A stretch of DNA of 64,000 bases from Desulfatiglandales bacterium (GTDB lineage Bacteria > Desulfobacterota > DSM-4660 > Desulfatiglandales > Desulfatiglandaceae): positions 224,001-288,000 of the forward strand of contig OY762721.1 in assembly GCA_963666345.1 (NCBI GenBank). The letters are read 5' to 3'. Of the stretch, positions 9,212-19,580 are shown piece by piece (position 1 is the stretch's first letter; the number at the start of each line of letters is the position of its first letter). The position numbers and the translations under genes are program-made. The notes under the pieces are model-generated. The model did not search any database, was not told the DNA's origin, and was given only the letters and a program-made list of their open reading frames with translations.

Positions 9212-9601
9212 ATGAAGGCACTGGGCAGGCATGTTCTGGTGGAGATGTACGGCTGCGATCAACTCATTTTGAACGACAGGGAGTCGGTACGGAACTCGAT
9301 GCTCAAGGCGGCCCGGCAATCAGGCGCCACCATAATGGGCGATTCCTTCCATGATTTCATGCCTCACGGAATCAGCGGAGTTGTGGTAATTGCAGAATCG
9401 CACCTGTCAATACACACCTGGCCCGAATATGGTTTCGCGGCCCTTGACCTTTTCACCTGCGGTGATGAAGTGGATCCGTGGCAGGCATTTGAGCATCTGC
9501 GTGAGGCGTTTAAGGCCGATCACTCCTCACAGATAGAAATCAAACGGGGGCAGTTCCCTCTAGAAAAAGACACCCGGCGACCCTACAAGCCGGATATCTG
9601 A
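9212..9601 (+). CDS. speD: S-adenosylmethionine decarboxylase proenzyme
   Basis: [19 protein letters not shown] self-cleavage motif, DLFTCG. ATG 9212 follows GGAGG. Confidence 0.93.
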   Translation: MKALGRHVLVEMYGCDQLILNDRESVRNSMLKAARQSGATIMGDSFHDFMPHGISGVVVIAESHLSIHTWPEYGFAALDLFTCGDEVDPWQAFEHLREAFKADHSSQIEIKRGQFPLEKDTRRPYKPDI

Positions 9602-9743
9602 ACCATACTGCCATTTACAGGTGTACGGTCCTGTGCACGACAAGAGGGGGTTTTCTTCGGGCATTGCAAGTTTTAAGCGACTGCTTCGGCCCTTTTTCCC
9701 GTCCTGCTTCATACAAACAATCGGATGGTCGAAGGATAGGATA

Positions 9744-10592
9744 ATGGATCAACAACACTGGTATACAGAGCTCGAAAATGAAAGCTACGGCATAACAATA
9801 CGGATCGACCGGCAGATATTTAAAGCTGACACGGGTATCCAGCAGATAGAGATATTTGAAAACAGGGACCTGGGAAGGGTCCTTGTCCTTGACGGCTGCA
9901 TAATGCTTACGGAAAAGGACGAGGCCGCATACCATGAAATGCTAGTTCACCCTGCCCTGCTTTCCCATCCGGACCCTCAACAGATACTCATCATAGGCGG
10001 AGGCGACGGCGGAACGCTCAGGGAAGTTGTCAAACATGGGGAGGTGAAAAAGGCGGTCGTCTGCGAAATCGACAAAGCCGTGATCGAGAACAGCATCAAG
10101 CACCTTCCCTTCACGGCGGCCGCATTTGATTCCCCCAGGGCCGAGATACATATCGGAGACGGAATAAGGTACGTGGATGATCACCCGGGATCATTCGATA
10201 TAATAATAGTCGATTCCACGGACCCGGTCGGCATGGCGGAAGGCCTTTTCAGGGCACCCTTTTACAGGAGCTGCCTCAAGGCCCTTAAAACAGGGGGAGT
10301 GTTTGTGCAGCAGTCTGAATCACCATTTTTTGAATTTGATTCATGGCGGCGCATATTCAGGGAGCTTGGATCGGTTTTCACGGACGTATTTCCCTATTGC
10401 GCGGGAGTACCGATGTATCTGAGCGGATTCTGGACCTTCGCCTTTGCATCAACCCGGATCGACCCATGGAGATTCTTTGACAAAAAACGGGCGTTTCAAC
10501 TGCCCGAGCTGCGATATTACACGCCTCAAATGCAGCAAAAGGCATTCTGTCTTCCAGGTTTTGCCGAAAGAGGTATAAATAATAACGCCTAG
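9744..10592 (+). CDS. speE: Polyamine aminopropyltransferase (spermidine synthase)
   Basis: YHEMLVH, IIGGGDGG, CEID, IIVDSTDP; follows speD. Likely start at MDQQHW. Confidence 0.93.
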   Translation: MDQQHWYTELENESYGITIRIDRQIFKADTGIQQIEIFENRDLGRVLVLDGCIMLTEKDEAAYHEMLVHPALLSHPDPQQILIIGGGDGGTLREVVKHGEVKKAVVCEIDKAVIENSIKHLPFTAAAFDSPRAEIHIGDGIRYVDDHPGSFDIIIVDSTDPVGMAEGLFRAPFYRSCLKALKTGGVFVQQSESPFFEFDSWRRIFRELGSVFTDVFPYCAGVPMYLSGFWTFAFASTRIDPWRFFDKKRAFQLPELRYYTPQMQQKAFCLPGFAERGINNNA

Positions 10593-10842
10593 TTTCTTAA
10601 GTCGAAGATATCGCGCTTCTGCCTGCCGGTAAATCCCTTTTTCTGCCCGTTAATATAACCGGATCACCTGCCCCGGGAGATCCTCTTTGATTCGGCAGGC
10701 GTGAAGCCTCAGGGCTTAAAAGGGGTTCTTACCGAAGATCCCGCCGGGGGGATTCCCTTTTACCACCAGGTTGCAGGAAGACCATATAACCGGGCTCATC
10801 CATGAACCGGGAGTAAATGAAAGGCTGTCAGCTTTGCCGCAT

Positions 10843-13800
10843 ATGAAAGACATCGAAAAGATACGTTCCCTTATACCGGATCTTATGATCAGTGACAGGG
10901 GCTTGATCCTTAAGGGCCTCAAAAGGCTGAAGAGCAAAAGCAGGAACGCTGGAAAACCGGAACACGCACGCGTCCTTCTAAGGAGTCTTCTCAGGAAGGC
11001 GGAGTCCTCGGTCGCCAAGGCGGAAAAACGCCTCAGGCTTAAACCTCACATAGATATCCCCCAAGCCCTACCGATATCCTCCAGAACCAGGGAGATCGTA
11101 GACACCATAAAAAAGAACCGGGTTGTCATTATAGCCGGTGACACCGGTTCCGGCAAAAGCACCCAGATCCCGAAGATGTGTCTCAAGGCGGGTCAAGGCG
11201 TTAGAGGCATAATCGGCTGCACGCAGCCCAGGAGGATCGCCGCCACTACTATTGCCGGACGCATAGCAGAAGAGCTCGGAGAGGATATCGGCAGGTCGGT
11301 CGGCTACAGGATCAGATTCAAGGACAGGACAAGCCCGGGGGCGTATATCAAGATGCTCACAGACGGCATGCTTCTTGCCGAGGCACAGAGGGACCCTTTT
11401 CTAAACGATTACGACACGGTCATCGTTGATGAAGCGCATGAAAGAAGCCTCAATATAGATTTCATCCTGGGGATACTCAAGAGGCTTCTGAAAAAGAGAA
11501 AAAACCTGAAGGTCATAATCACCTCTGCTACAATAGATACCGGAAAATTTTCAGCCGCCTTTGACAGTGCACCGGTAATCGAGGTGTCCGGGCGCATGTA
11601 CCCTGTGGACCTTGAATACATGCCGCCTGATGAGACGTCAGGGGATTCTGAAGAGCTCACATATGTCGACAGGGCATTAGAGGCGGTTGAAAAGGTGAGG
11701 AAAGAGAGCCTGTTCGGCGGAATCCTCATCTTCATGCCGACCGAGCGGGATATCCTCGAGACGTGTGAGCGGCTCAAGGGAAGAAAATATACGGAAACCC
11801 TTATCCTCCCGCTCTTTGCAAGACTTCCAGCCTCAAGGCAGAAAAGGATCTTTTCATCCTTTGCCGGACAGAAGATAATCGTTGCCACAAATGTTGCGGA
11901 GACATCCCTGACCGTGCCGGGCATAAGGTATGTTATCGATACCGGACTTGCCAGGATTTCCAGATATACCCCGAGAACCAGGACTACCAGCCTTCCGATA
12001 AGCCCGATATCGATAAGCAGCGCTGATCAGAGAAAAGGCAGATGCGGAAGGGTGGAAAAGGGAAAATGCATAAGGCTCTATTCAGAGGAGGATTACCTGT
12101 CAAGGATCGAATTCACCCCTCCCGAGATACTCAGGGCGAATCTTGCCGAGGTCATACTTCGCATGATCTCTCTAAAGCTGGGAGATATCGCCTCGTTTCC
12201 TTTCATAGACAAACCCGGAGGCAGGAGCGTAAAAGACGGATTCGACCTTCTCATGGAGCTGGGCGCACTTGAAAAAGCGGGTAATCGTTACCTCCTCACT
12301 GAAAAGGGAAAATCCATGGCACGCATGCCTCTTGACCCTAAAATATCCAGGATGATGATAGAGGCTCAAAAAGAGGGCTGCATAAAAGAGGCGGCAGTGA
12401 TAGCCTCGGCCCTCAGCATACAGGACCCGAGAGAGCGGCCGCTTGAAGCGGCAGGTGAAGCGGACAGGGCGCATGAGGTCTTCACGGATCATACCTCCGA
12501 TTTCATGAGCCTCCTGAATATCTGGAACAGCTACCACGCATCGCTGAAAAAACTCAGGACCCAGAACAGGATGAGGAGGTTCTGCAGGGAGCATTTTCTC
12601 TCTTTTGCAAGGATAAAAGAGTGGCGCGATATCCATGATCAGATAATCTCCATACTTAAGGAGCAGGGCATAAACCCCGATTCAACCATAAACGGCACGC
12701 CTGAGGCCCTTTACCAGGGGGTTCACAAGACGATCCTGAGCGGGTTTCTCTCCAATATCGCTCTCAAAAAGGAGAAGTATATATACGGCGCGGCAAAAGG
12801 CAGGGAAGTGATGCTGTTTCCCGGGTCAGGCCTTTTCAAGAAACCGCCTGCCTGGATAGTGGCGGCGGAAATGGTCAAGACGTCCAGGCTTTTCGCCAGG
12901 ACCGCCGCCCGGATAGACCCCGGCTGGCTGGAAGCGCTCGGAAAAGGCCTTTGCAGGTACAGCTATTCCGATCCCCACTGGGAGAAAAGCAGGGGCGAGG
13001 TGGTGGCATCTGAACAGGTAAGCCTTTACGGTCTTATTATTATCGAAAAAAGACCTGTATCCTACGGCCCGATAGACCCGGAAAAATCAGCCGGAATCTT
13101 CATGGAACAGGCCCTTGTATCCGGAAACATCAAGGGAAATTTCCCGTTTCTAAAACACAACCTGGAGCTCGTAAACAGGATAACGGAAATGGAGGCCAAG
13201 GTCAGGCGCAGAAACATACTTGCGGATGAAGACAGGATGGCTCGATTTTACGAGGAGCGGCTTGGCAGGATCTACAGCTCAAGATCCCTGGCCGCCCTTA
13301 TCAGGAAGACAGGTGACGACGCATTCCTCAGGATGAGCGAAAAGGACCTTGTCACGGCCTATCCTGAAGATTCCGAACTTGATCAGTACCCGGATCATCT
13401 GAAGATCGGCAAGGCAAGATTCAGTTTTACCTACAGATTCGCGCCGGGCGCTGAAGAAGACGGGGTAACCATAAACATCCCTTCAAGTCTCGCGTCCCAG
13501 GTGCCGCCTGACAAACTCGAATGGACGGTCCCCGGGCTTTTCAGAGAAAAGGTGACCGCCCTTATAAAGGGGCTCCCCAAGCGGTACAGGCGCAGACTCG
13601 TGCCCGTATCCAGGAGCGTGGACATAATCCTGTCGGAGATGGAAAAGCAGGACATACCTCTTAAGATTGCCTTGAGCAGGTTTATATATAACAGATTCGG
13701 CACGGACATCCCGCCTGAACAATGGCCTGACAAAGGCCTGCCCGAACACCTCAAGATGAGGGTTTCCATAATAGATCATAAGGGGAAGGAGATAACCTCG

Positions 13801-14763
13801 GCCCGGGATTCACGCATTCTTTCGACAAAGGGATTCGGAGGCAGGCCCGAAGAACTCGACTCGTGGAAGGCGGCCGTGGAAAAGCTTGAAATCTCCGGCA
13901 TCACGAAATGGGATTTTGACGCCCTGCCGGAGAGGATAGACATCGACTCATCACTTGCCGCCTACCCCGCCCTCACCCCTGAAGGTGACGCCCTTTCAAT
14001 AAGGCTTTTTTCAGATAGAAACAAGGCGGAAACAACCCACAGGGAAGGAATGGGAAGGCTCTTTGAGATCCATTTCAGAAAGGAAATCAAATTCATTAAA
14101 AGGATACTTGTCTTCCCCGCAAATATAAATGAGCCATGTGAAATTCTGGGAGGCAAAAAGGACCTTGAGGCCTCCCTTCTCGTAAGTCTCACGAGCCGCC
14201 TCTTTAAAAAGGATTTCAGGAGCCGGGATGAATTCGATTTACACGCGCAAAAGATTTCCCCCCTGCTTTTGACGGAGGCAAAAGAGCTCCTTGACGCCTC
14301 GATAGACGTGGTGAGCGCGTATGCGGATACCAGGGGGTGCCTTTATTCACTTGAAAAATCAAACAGAAAAAACAATCCCGCGCTCCTTCTTTGCTCTCAG
14401 CTTCGCGATGAACTTGAAGAGCTTGTTCCGAAGCGCTTTCCTGAAAAATATCTGCCTGAAAGGCTCGCGCAGATTCCCCGTTATACAAGGGCCATATCCA
14501 TAAGGGCCGAGCGGGCCGTAAACGATCTTGAAAAAGACAAAAACAAGGCAATTAAGATAACCCCTTTCATATCTGTCTTAAGGGGAATGCAAGACGGCAT
14601 TTCAGAGCATGCCTCGGAGGGAAAAAGGAGTGCGGTCAAATCCTTTCGCTGGATGATCGAGGAGCTGAAGGTCTCGATCTTCGCGCAGGAGTTAAGGACC
14701 CCTTACCCGGTTTCCGAAAAGCGGCTCATTAAAATGGCGGATGAAATAAACCGTATGCTCTGA
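10843..14763 (+). CDS. hrpA: ATP-dependent RNA helicase HrpA
   Basis: GDTGSGKSTQ, TQPRR, DEAH, SAT, QRKGRCGR, C-terminal EELKVSIFAQEL. Start uncertain (10771-10843). Confidence 0.93.
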   Translation: MKDIEKIRSLIPDLMISDRGLILKGLKRLKSKSRNAGKPEHARVLLRSLLRKAESSVAKAEKRLRLKPHIDIPQALPISSRTREIVDTIKKNRVVIIAGDTGSGKSTQIPKMCLKAGQGVRGIIGCTQPRRIAATTIAGRIAEELGEDIGRSVGYRIRFKDRTSPGAYIKMLTDGMLLAEAQRDPFLNDYDTVIVDEAHERSLNIDFILGILKRLLKKRKNLKVIITSATIDTGKFSAAFDSAPVIEVSGRMYPVDLEYMPPDETSGDSEELTYVDRALEAVEKVRKESLFGGILIFMPTERDILETCERLKGRKYTETLILPLFARLPASRQKRIFSSFAGQKIIVATNVAETSLTVPGIRYVIDTGLARISRYTPRTRTTSLPISPISISSADQRKGRCGRVEKGKCIRLYSEEDYLSRIEFTPPEILRANLAEVILRMISLKLGDIASFPFIDKPGGRSVKDGFDLLMELGALEKAGNRYLLTEKGKSMARMPLDPKISRMMIEAQKEGCIKEAAVIASALSIQDPRERPLEAAGEADRAHEVFTDHTSDFMSLLNIWNSYHASLKKLRTQNRMRRFCREHFLSFARIKEWRDIHDQIISILKEQGINPDSTINGTPEALYQGVHKTILSGFLSNIALKKEKYIYGAAKGREVMLFPGSGLFKKPPAWIVAAEMVKTSRLFARTAARIDPGWLEALGKGLCRYSYSDPHWEKSRGEVVASEQVSLYGLIIIEKRPVSYGPIDPEKSAGIFMEQALVSGNIKGNFPFLKHNLELVNRITEMEAKVRRRNILADEDRMARFYEERLGRIYSSRSLAALIRKTGDDAFLRMSEKDLVTAYPEDSELDQYPDHLKIGKARFSFTYRFAPGAEEDGVTINIPSSLASQVPPDKLEWTVPGLFREKVTALIKGLPKRYRRRLVPVSRSVDIILSEMEKQDIPLKIALSRFIYNRFGTDIPPEQWPDKGLPEHLKMRVSIIDHKGKEITSARDSRILSTKGFGGRPEELDSWKAAVEKLEISGITKWDFDALPERIDIDSSLAAYPALTPEGDALSIRLFSDRNKAETTHREGMGRLFEIHFRKEIKFIKRILVFPANINEPCEILGGKKDLEASLLVSLTSRLFKKDFRSRDEFDLHAQKISPLLLTEAKELLDASIDVVSAYADTRGCLYSLEKSNRKNNPALLLCSQLRDELEELVPKRFPEKYLPERLAQIPRYTRAISIRAERAVNDLEKDKNKAIKITPFISVLRGMQDGISEHASEGKRSAVKSFRWMIEELKVSIFAQELRTPYPVSEKRLIKMADEINRML

Positions 14764-14895
14764 AAGGTTGAATGGATAAAAAAGGCCCTTATATTTTCAT
14801 GGCTCCCGGCTCAGATTTGACATATAATAACGGAATCGATTTTATATGGCCCTTTTACTTTTATTAGCCTGCCGATACCAAGGAGGGTAAGAGAT

Positions 14896-15789
14896 ATGGA
14901 AAAATTCGACCTAGTCACCGATAGCACGAAAACACCCGCCTGCACTGATACCGGAAACACCTACTCATGTTATGCCTGCAAGACTTGCGTATCGGTCTGC
15001 CCGATAAATATAGGCTCAGGCAAGACACGCCTCCAGCCGGCGGTCATAGTAAGGATGGCCAATATGGGCATGCATGATCAGGTCCTGCGGCTGCCGGAAC
15101 TCTGGTACTGTCTTTCCTGCGACCGCTGCAGCGCCCTCTGTCCCATGAACGCAAACCCCTCTCAATTGATCTCTTCACTGAGAAAAGAGGCTTTCAGCAG
15201 CGGCATAATCGATAAAGGCTCCGTGCAACAGTTGGAAAGGCTTGTATACCGTTTTCCAAGGGCCCTCTGGCATGCGGCGTATCTATGCATAAAAGGAGAA
15301 GACCCGGCACCCATAGCCGGGGACTTCGATCACTGGACCGATCAGCCGGTAATCCATAACCGGGACCCACTGTTAGTGCAAAAGGAATCTTCCGGGACTC
15401 CTCATTTCAGAAACGAGGCTGCGGATTATTTCGGTCTTTCATCCAGCCTGCTTTCCTGCCTGACATGCAGTGAGTGCAGTAATGCCTGCCCGATTTCATC
15501 TCTTAGAAAGGCCTTTGATCCTCTTTTCATATTCCGCATGGCGGCACTCGGAATGGAAAACGAACTTCTCAGTTCCCCGTCCCTCTGGATATGCCTTTCA
15601 TGTCAGTCATGCACCAACGCCTGCAGACAGGGGGTTAAAGGTCACCTGCTGATTGAAAAGCTGAAATATCTGGCTGTGAGCAAGGGGATACTGGAAAAGG
15701 GTTTTCTGGAGCGCTGGAGGGGGATAAGGGCCAGGTTATACGACAGACTGCTTGAAAAGATGGACCATATAACAGGTCTTGGCACCTGA
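14896..15789 (+). CDS. Iron-sulfur protein made of two tandem HdrC-like domains
   Basis: Four CxxCxxCxxxC motifs arranged as two HdrC-type pairs (LWYCLSC, LWICLSC). Confidence 0.75.
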   Translation: MEKFDLVTDSTKTPACTDTGNTYSCYACKTCVSVCPINIGSGKTRLQPAVIVRMANMGMHDQVLRLPELWYCLSCDRCSALCPMNANPSQLISSLRKEAFSSGIIDKGSVQQLERLVYRFPRALWHAAYLCIKGEDPAPIAGDFDHWTDQPVIHNRDPLLVQKESSGTPHFRNEAADYFGLSSSLLSCLTCSECSNACPISSLRKAFDPLFIFRMAALGMENELLSSPSLWICLSCQSCTNACRQGVKGHLLIEKLKYLAVSKGILEKGFLERWRGIRARLYDRLLEKMDHITGLGT

Positions 15790-15853
15790 GGGTTTCTTAT
15801 AGGCCTTTTCACTTGGATCCCGCACCCCTTGAATCCTTGTCCCCTTTTATATG

Positions 15854-16237
15854 CTAGGTATAAGCTATTGCGTCCATTTCAAGCCGTATGCCGAGCGGCA
15901 GCCCGGCCGCCTCAATGCACGTCCTGGCGGGAAGTACCCCTTTGAAATATCTTTTGTAAACATTGTTAAACCTCACATATTCCTTCATATTTATCAGATA
16001 AACCGTTACCTGAAGAACCTTTTCAAGAGATGAGCCCGCGTCCTCCAGGATTATCTTCATGTTTTCAATGGCAAGCCCCGCCTCCTCCTCGATGGTTCCC
16101 AGGCTGAGCCGGTTGGTGCAGGGATCGATCGCTCCCTGCCCCGAAACATACACAATACCCTTGTGTATGACCGCCTGTGAGTAGGGCCCCCCGATGATCG
16201 CGGCCCTTTCGGTTAAAAACGCCCTTTTTTCATCCAT
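15854..16237 (-). CDS. RidA/YjgF family enamine-imine deaminase
   Basis: GPYSQA, VSGQ, FNNVY, PAR, LP...EMDAIA. Confidence 0.9.
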   Translation of the reverse strand: MDEKRAFLTERAAIIGGPYSQAVIHKGIVYVSGQGAIDPCTNRLSLGTIEEEAGLAIENMKIILEDAGSSLEKVLQVTVYLINMKEYVRFNNVYKRYFKGVLPARTCIEAAGLPLGIRLEMDAIAYT

Positions 16238-16247
16238 AAGCCACTCC

Positions 16248-19200
16248 TTATTCCTCTTTTTCAGGGGTCGTTCCTGTTATGCGGTAAAAAGGGGCCCAGT
16301 AAAGCCTTCTGATCCCCTTCACGCTCCTCTCGGCCGCCCTGGAGGTGGTATATACCATGGAGTAGAGAGTCGGAACGACCACCAGGGTCAGGATGGTGGC
16401 AAGGGCGAGCCCGAATATGACCGCGCTTGCCATGGAGCTCCACCACTGTGTCGACTCACTTACCCAGGAGATCTCCATATCGTGAAAGTTGTAGGAGATG
16501 CCGGTCACCATCGGAAGAAGCCCAAGTATGGTGGTAATTGCGGTGAGTATCACGGGCCTGAGTCTCGTGCACCCGGCCGCGATTATGGCCTCCTTGAAAT
16601 CAAGCCCCCTCATATGAAGCCTGTTCGTGTAATCTATTAGGACTATAGCGTTATTTACCACAACCCCGGCAAGAGAAATCACACCCACACCTGTCATTAT
16701 TATCCCGAAGGGCTGTTCCATAAAAGAAAGCCCGAGGAAGACACCTCCAAGAGACAGTATGACCGACGTCATAATAATGAGAGGCTGGGTTACGGAATTA
16801 AACTGGGTTACAAGCACAAGCACTATCAGGAACAGGGCCGCGCCGAAGGCCTTGGTGAGAAAGGCCTGTGATTCTTCCTGAAACTCGAACTCGCCCGTAA
16901 AACGCATCCTGTATCCGGGGGGATGCGGATATTGTGCGAGAAGCTTCTCCGCCTGGGCACGGGCCACAGGCCCGGGGATATGCTTCTCATCAACGCTTGC
17001 CTCCACCGTTACCACCCTTTCATGGTTTATCCGGTTTACCTCTCCCAGCCCGCCCGTCACCTCAAACCTTGCCACGGTGGTAAGCGGAACAAGCCCTTCA
17101 TTGGTAGGTATGAGAAGTTCCCTAAGTATATCCGTAACCTTTCTGTCCGATTCGGGAAGCTGGACCGTTATGTCGTATTCCTCATCCGCCTCCCTGTATG
17201 TGGACACCTGTATCCCGTTAAATGCCACCTTGAGCGCGAATCCTATCATATCGGTTGAAAGTCCCAGAAGTGCCGCCCGCCTGCGGTCCACGCGCACCTT
17301 TACGGTCGGTGCGCCTGCCACGTAATCGTCCCGTATGTCCCTGACAAAGGGGATCTTCTCGAGGATCTTTTTTACATCCTTTGAGATCCTGCCGAGGATG
17401 TTGAAATTTTCCCCCGAGATCTCGATATTGATGGGTGCGCCCGTTGGGGGGCCTTCCTCCTGCTCGGAGATGCTTATTTCGGCTCCCGGGATACTCCTGA
17501 TCCTTTTCCTTATCTCATCCACGCTCTCGGGAGACGGTTTCACCCTGTCTTTCATGTCATGGAACTGTATTCCGACATGATTCGGCGAATTGCTTTCGAA
17601 TGCGGACTGCCCGCCTATCACTGCTACAGTCTTTGCATAAACATATTTTATATCGGCCATATCGGTCGGACCTTCATACCTCTGTCCGTGCGCCAGGGTG
17701 TGTACCCTGGCCTCGTCATTTTTTGAAAAACACTCGACAGGATCGGCATCCGGATTATCAAGGCCGTACTCAGGCCCTCCTTTGCAGATCGCAAGCTCCA
17801 CCTGTCTTGCCAGTCTGTCCGAATATTCCAGGTCGGCTCCTTCCGGCATATCCAGATTCACATAAACGGCATTAGGCTCGATACTGGGGAAAAACTCTAT
17901 CGGCTTTTCAAGGCCTATCTCGTAAAGCCACACCATTGCCATGGCAACCAGGATAAGGAAGGATATCAGGATAACCGCAAGACGGTTGTTGAGCGCGCTT
18001 CTGAGCAAACTGCGGTACCCCTTTAAGATGGGACCCTTCACGGCAATAGGCGCTTCACCCGCAAGTTCCATCTCCTCGGCGCTTGCATGTTTTCTGGAAG
18101 GCCTTGAGCTGGGCAGCCGCATGAATATGGCCGCAAGCGCAGGGTTTATCACAAGCGCCACAAAAAGGGACGAGGAAAGCGTGATAATGACAGTCAGCGG
18201 CAGATAGCGCATGAACTCGCCCATGATACCGGGCCAGAAAAGGAGCGGGAAAAAGGCAGCCACGGTTGTAAGAGTTGAAGCCGCAACCGGCTGGGCCACC
18301 TCTCCGGTCGCCTTCATGGCTGCACGAAGCCGCGGCACGCCCTGCTCCATATAACGGAATATGTTTTCGATTATTACTATGGCATTATCGACAAGCATTC
18401 CCAGAGAAAGGGTAAGGGAAAAAAGCACAACCATGTTGAGGGTTATTCCTAATCCGTGCAGGATCATAAAGGAGATAAACATGGAAAACGGGATCGCCAG
18501 ACTCACCAGTACCGCGTTTCTTACCCCCATGACAAAAAAAAGGACGATTATAACCAGCAGGAGTCCCGTTATGATATTGTTTTCCAGGTCCGCCACCATC
18601 ATCCTTATGTCCTTGGCCCGATCCATAAGTTTGGTGATCCTGGTCCCGGCAGGCCACGTGACACTTCGCTCTTCGATTAAACGGTCTATCTCATCGCTTA
18701 TCTTGAGGACGTTTTCCCCCGCCCTCTTCTTTACCTGGATATTTACCGCCTGAGTCCCGTTCAAACGCGCCCGTCCCGCCTCGTCCTTGAACCCGTCCAC
18801 CACCCTTGCCACATCCTTCAGGTATACGGGCCGGCCCTTGTGGTTCCCCACGACCAGTCCGTATATCTCATTAGGGCTTGAAAACTCGCCCGGCACCCTC
18901 AGCTGAAAACGCCCGTCCCCCATGCGGATGCCGCCGCCCGACACATTCTGGTTCTCCTCGGCTATCACCTTCTGAAGGCTTGTTATGGGAAGCCCGTAAT
19001 AGGCAAGCTTTTCAGGAAAAGGCTCCACCCTTATCTCCCTTTCAAGCCCCCCTGTCACGTCCACTTCAAGCACGCCCGGTATGGCCTCGAAGTCTTCTTC
19101 CAGGTCATCGGCGAGCCCCTTCAATCTGACAAGGCCCACGGTACCTGAAAGCGAAAATACCACTATCGGAAGTTCAGAGACATTTATCTCGAACACCTCG

Positions 19201-19580
19201 GGATCATCTTCCAGATCGGCGGGCAGATCAGGCTTTGCCAGATCGACTTTGTCCTTGGTTTTGGTGAGGACATCATCTATGTCGGTGCCGGCGACAAACT
19301 CTATGACGATCGAACTCATGCCCTCGGTGCTCGATGATGTTATTTTCTTTACACCTTCAAGACCCTTCAGCTTCTTTTCGATCGGCACTGTTATGGACTG
19401 TTCTATATCCTCGGGCGCCACCCCCTCGTAGTTTGTCATTACGAAAATGTAAGGGATGGTTATGTCCGGATCGGACTCCCTGGGCATGGCGTTGTATGCC
19501 AAAAAACCGAATACTGCGATGACAAGCGCCATGATCACTACGCTGGTCCTTTTTTTGACTGCCGTATCAGATATTATCAT
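16248..19580 (-). CDS. RND efflux transporter permease subunit
   Basis: GMLVDNAIV, RLRPVILTAITT; two periplasmic/TM repeats; 1110 aa. Confidence 0.93.
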   Translation of the reverse strand: MIISDTAVKKRTSVVIMALVIAVFGFLAYNAMPRESDPDITIPYIFVMTNYEGVAPEDIEQSITVPIEKKLKGLEGVKKITSSSTEGMSSIVIEFVAGTDIDDVLTKTKDKVDLAKPDLPADLEDDPEVFEINVSELPIVVFSLSGTVGLVRLKGLADDLEEDFEAIPGVLEVDVTGGLEREIRVEPFPEKLAYYGLPITSLQKVIAEENQNVSGGGIRMGDGRFQLRVPGEFSSPNEIYGLVVGNHKGRPVYLKDVARVVDGFKDEAGRARLNGTQAVNIQVKKRAGENVLKISDEIDRLIEERSVTWPAGTRITKLMDRAKDIRMMVADLENNIITGLLLVIIVLFFVMGVRNAVLVSLAIPFSMFISFMILHGLGITLNMVVLFSLTLSLGMLVDNAIVIIENIFRYMEQGVPRLRAAMKATGEVAQPVAASTLTTVAAFFPLLFWPGIMGEFMRYLPLTVIITLSSSLFVALVINPALAAIFMRLPSSRPSRKHASAEEMELAGEAPIAVKGPILKGYRSLLRSALNNRLAVILISFLILVAMAMVWLYEIGLEKPIEFFPSIEPNAVYVNLDMPEGADLEYSDRLARQVELAICKGGPEYGLDNPDADPVECFSKNDEARVHTLAHGQRYEGPTDMADIKYVYAKTVAVIGGQSAFESNSPNHVGIQFHDMKDRVKPSPESVDEIRKRIRSIPGAEISISEQEEGPPTGAPINIEISGENFNILGRISKDVKKILEKIPFVRDIRDDYVAGAPTVKVRVDRRRAALLGLSTDMIGFALKVAFNGIQVSTYREADEEYDITVQLPESDRKVTDILRELLIPTNEGLVPLTTVARFEVTGGLGEVNRINHERVVTVEASVDEKHIPGPVARAQAEKLLAQYPHPPGYRMRFTGEFEFQEESQAFLTKAFGAALFLIVLVLVTQFNSVTQPLIIMTSVILSLGGVFLGLSFMEQPFGIIMTGVGVISLAGVVVNNAIVLIDYTNRLHMRGLDFKEAIIAAGCTRLRPVILTAITTILGLLPMVTGISYNFHDMEISWVSESTQWWSSMASAVIFGLALATILTLVVVPTLYSMVYTTSRAAERSVKGIRRLYWAPFYRITGTTPEKEE

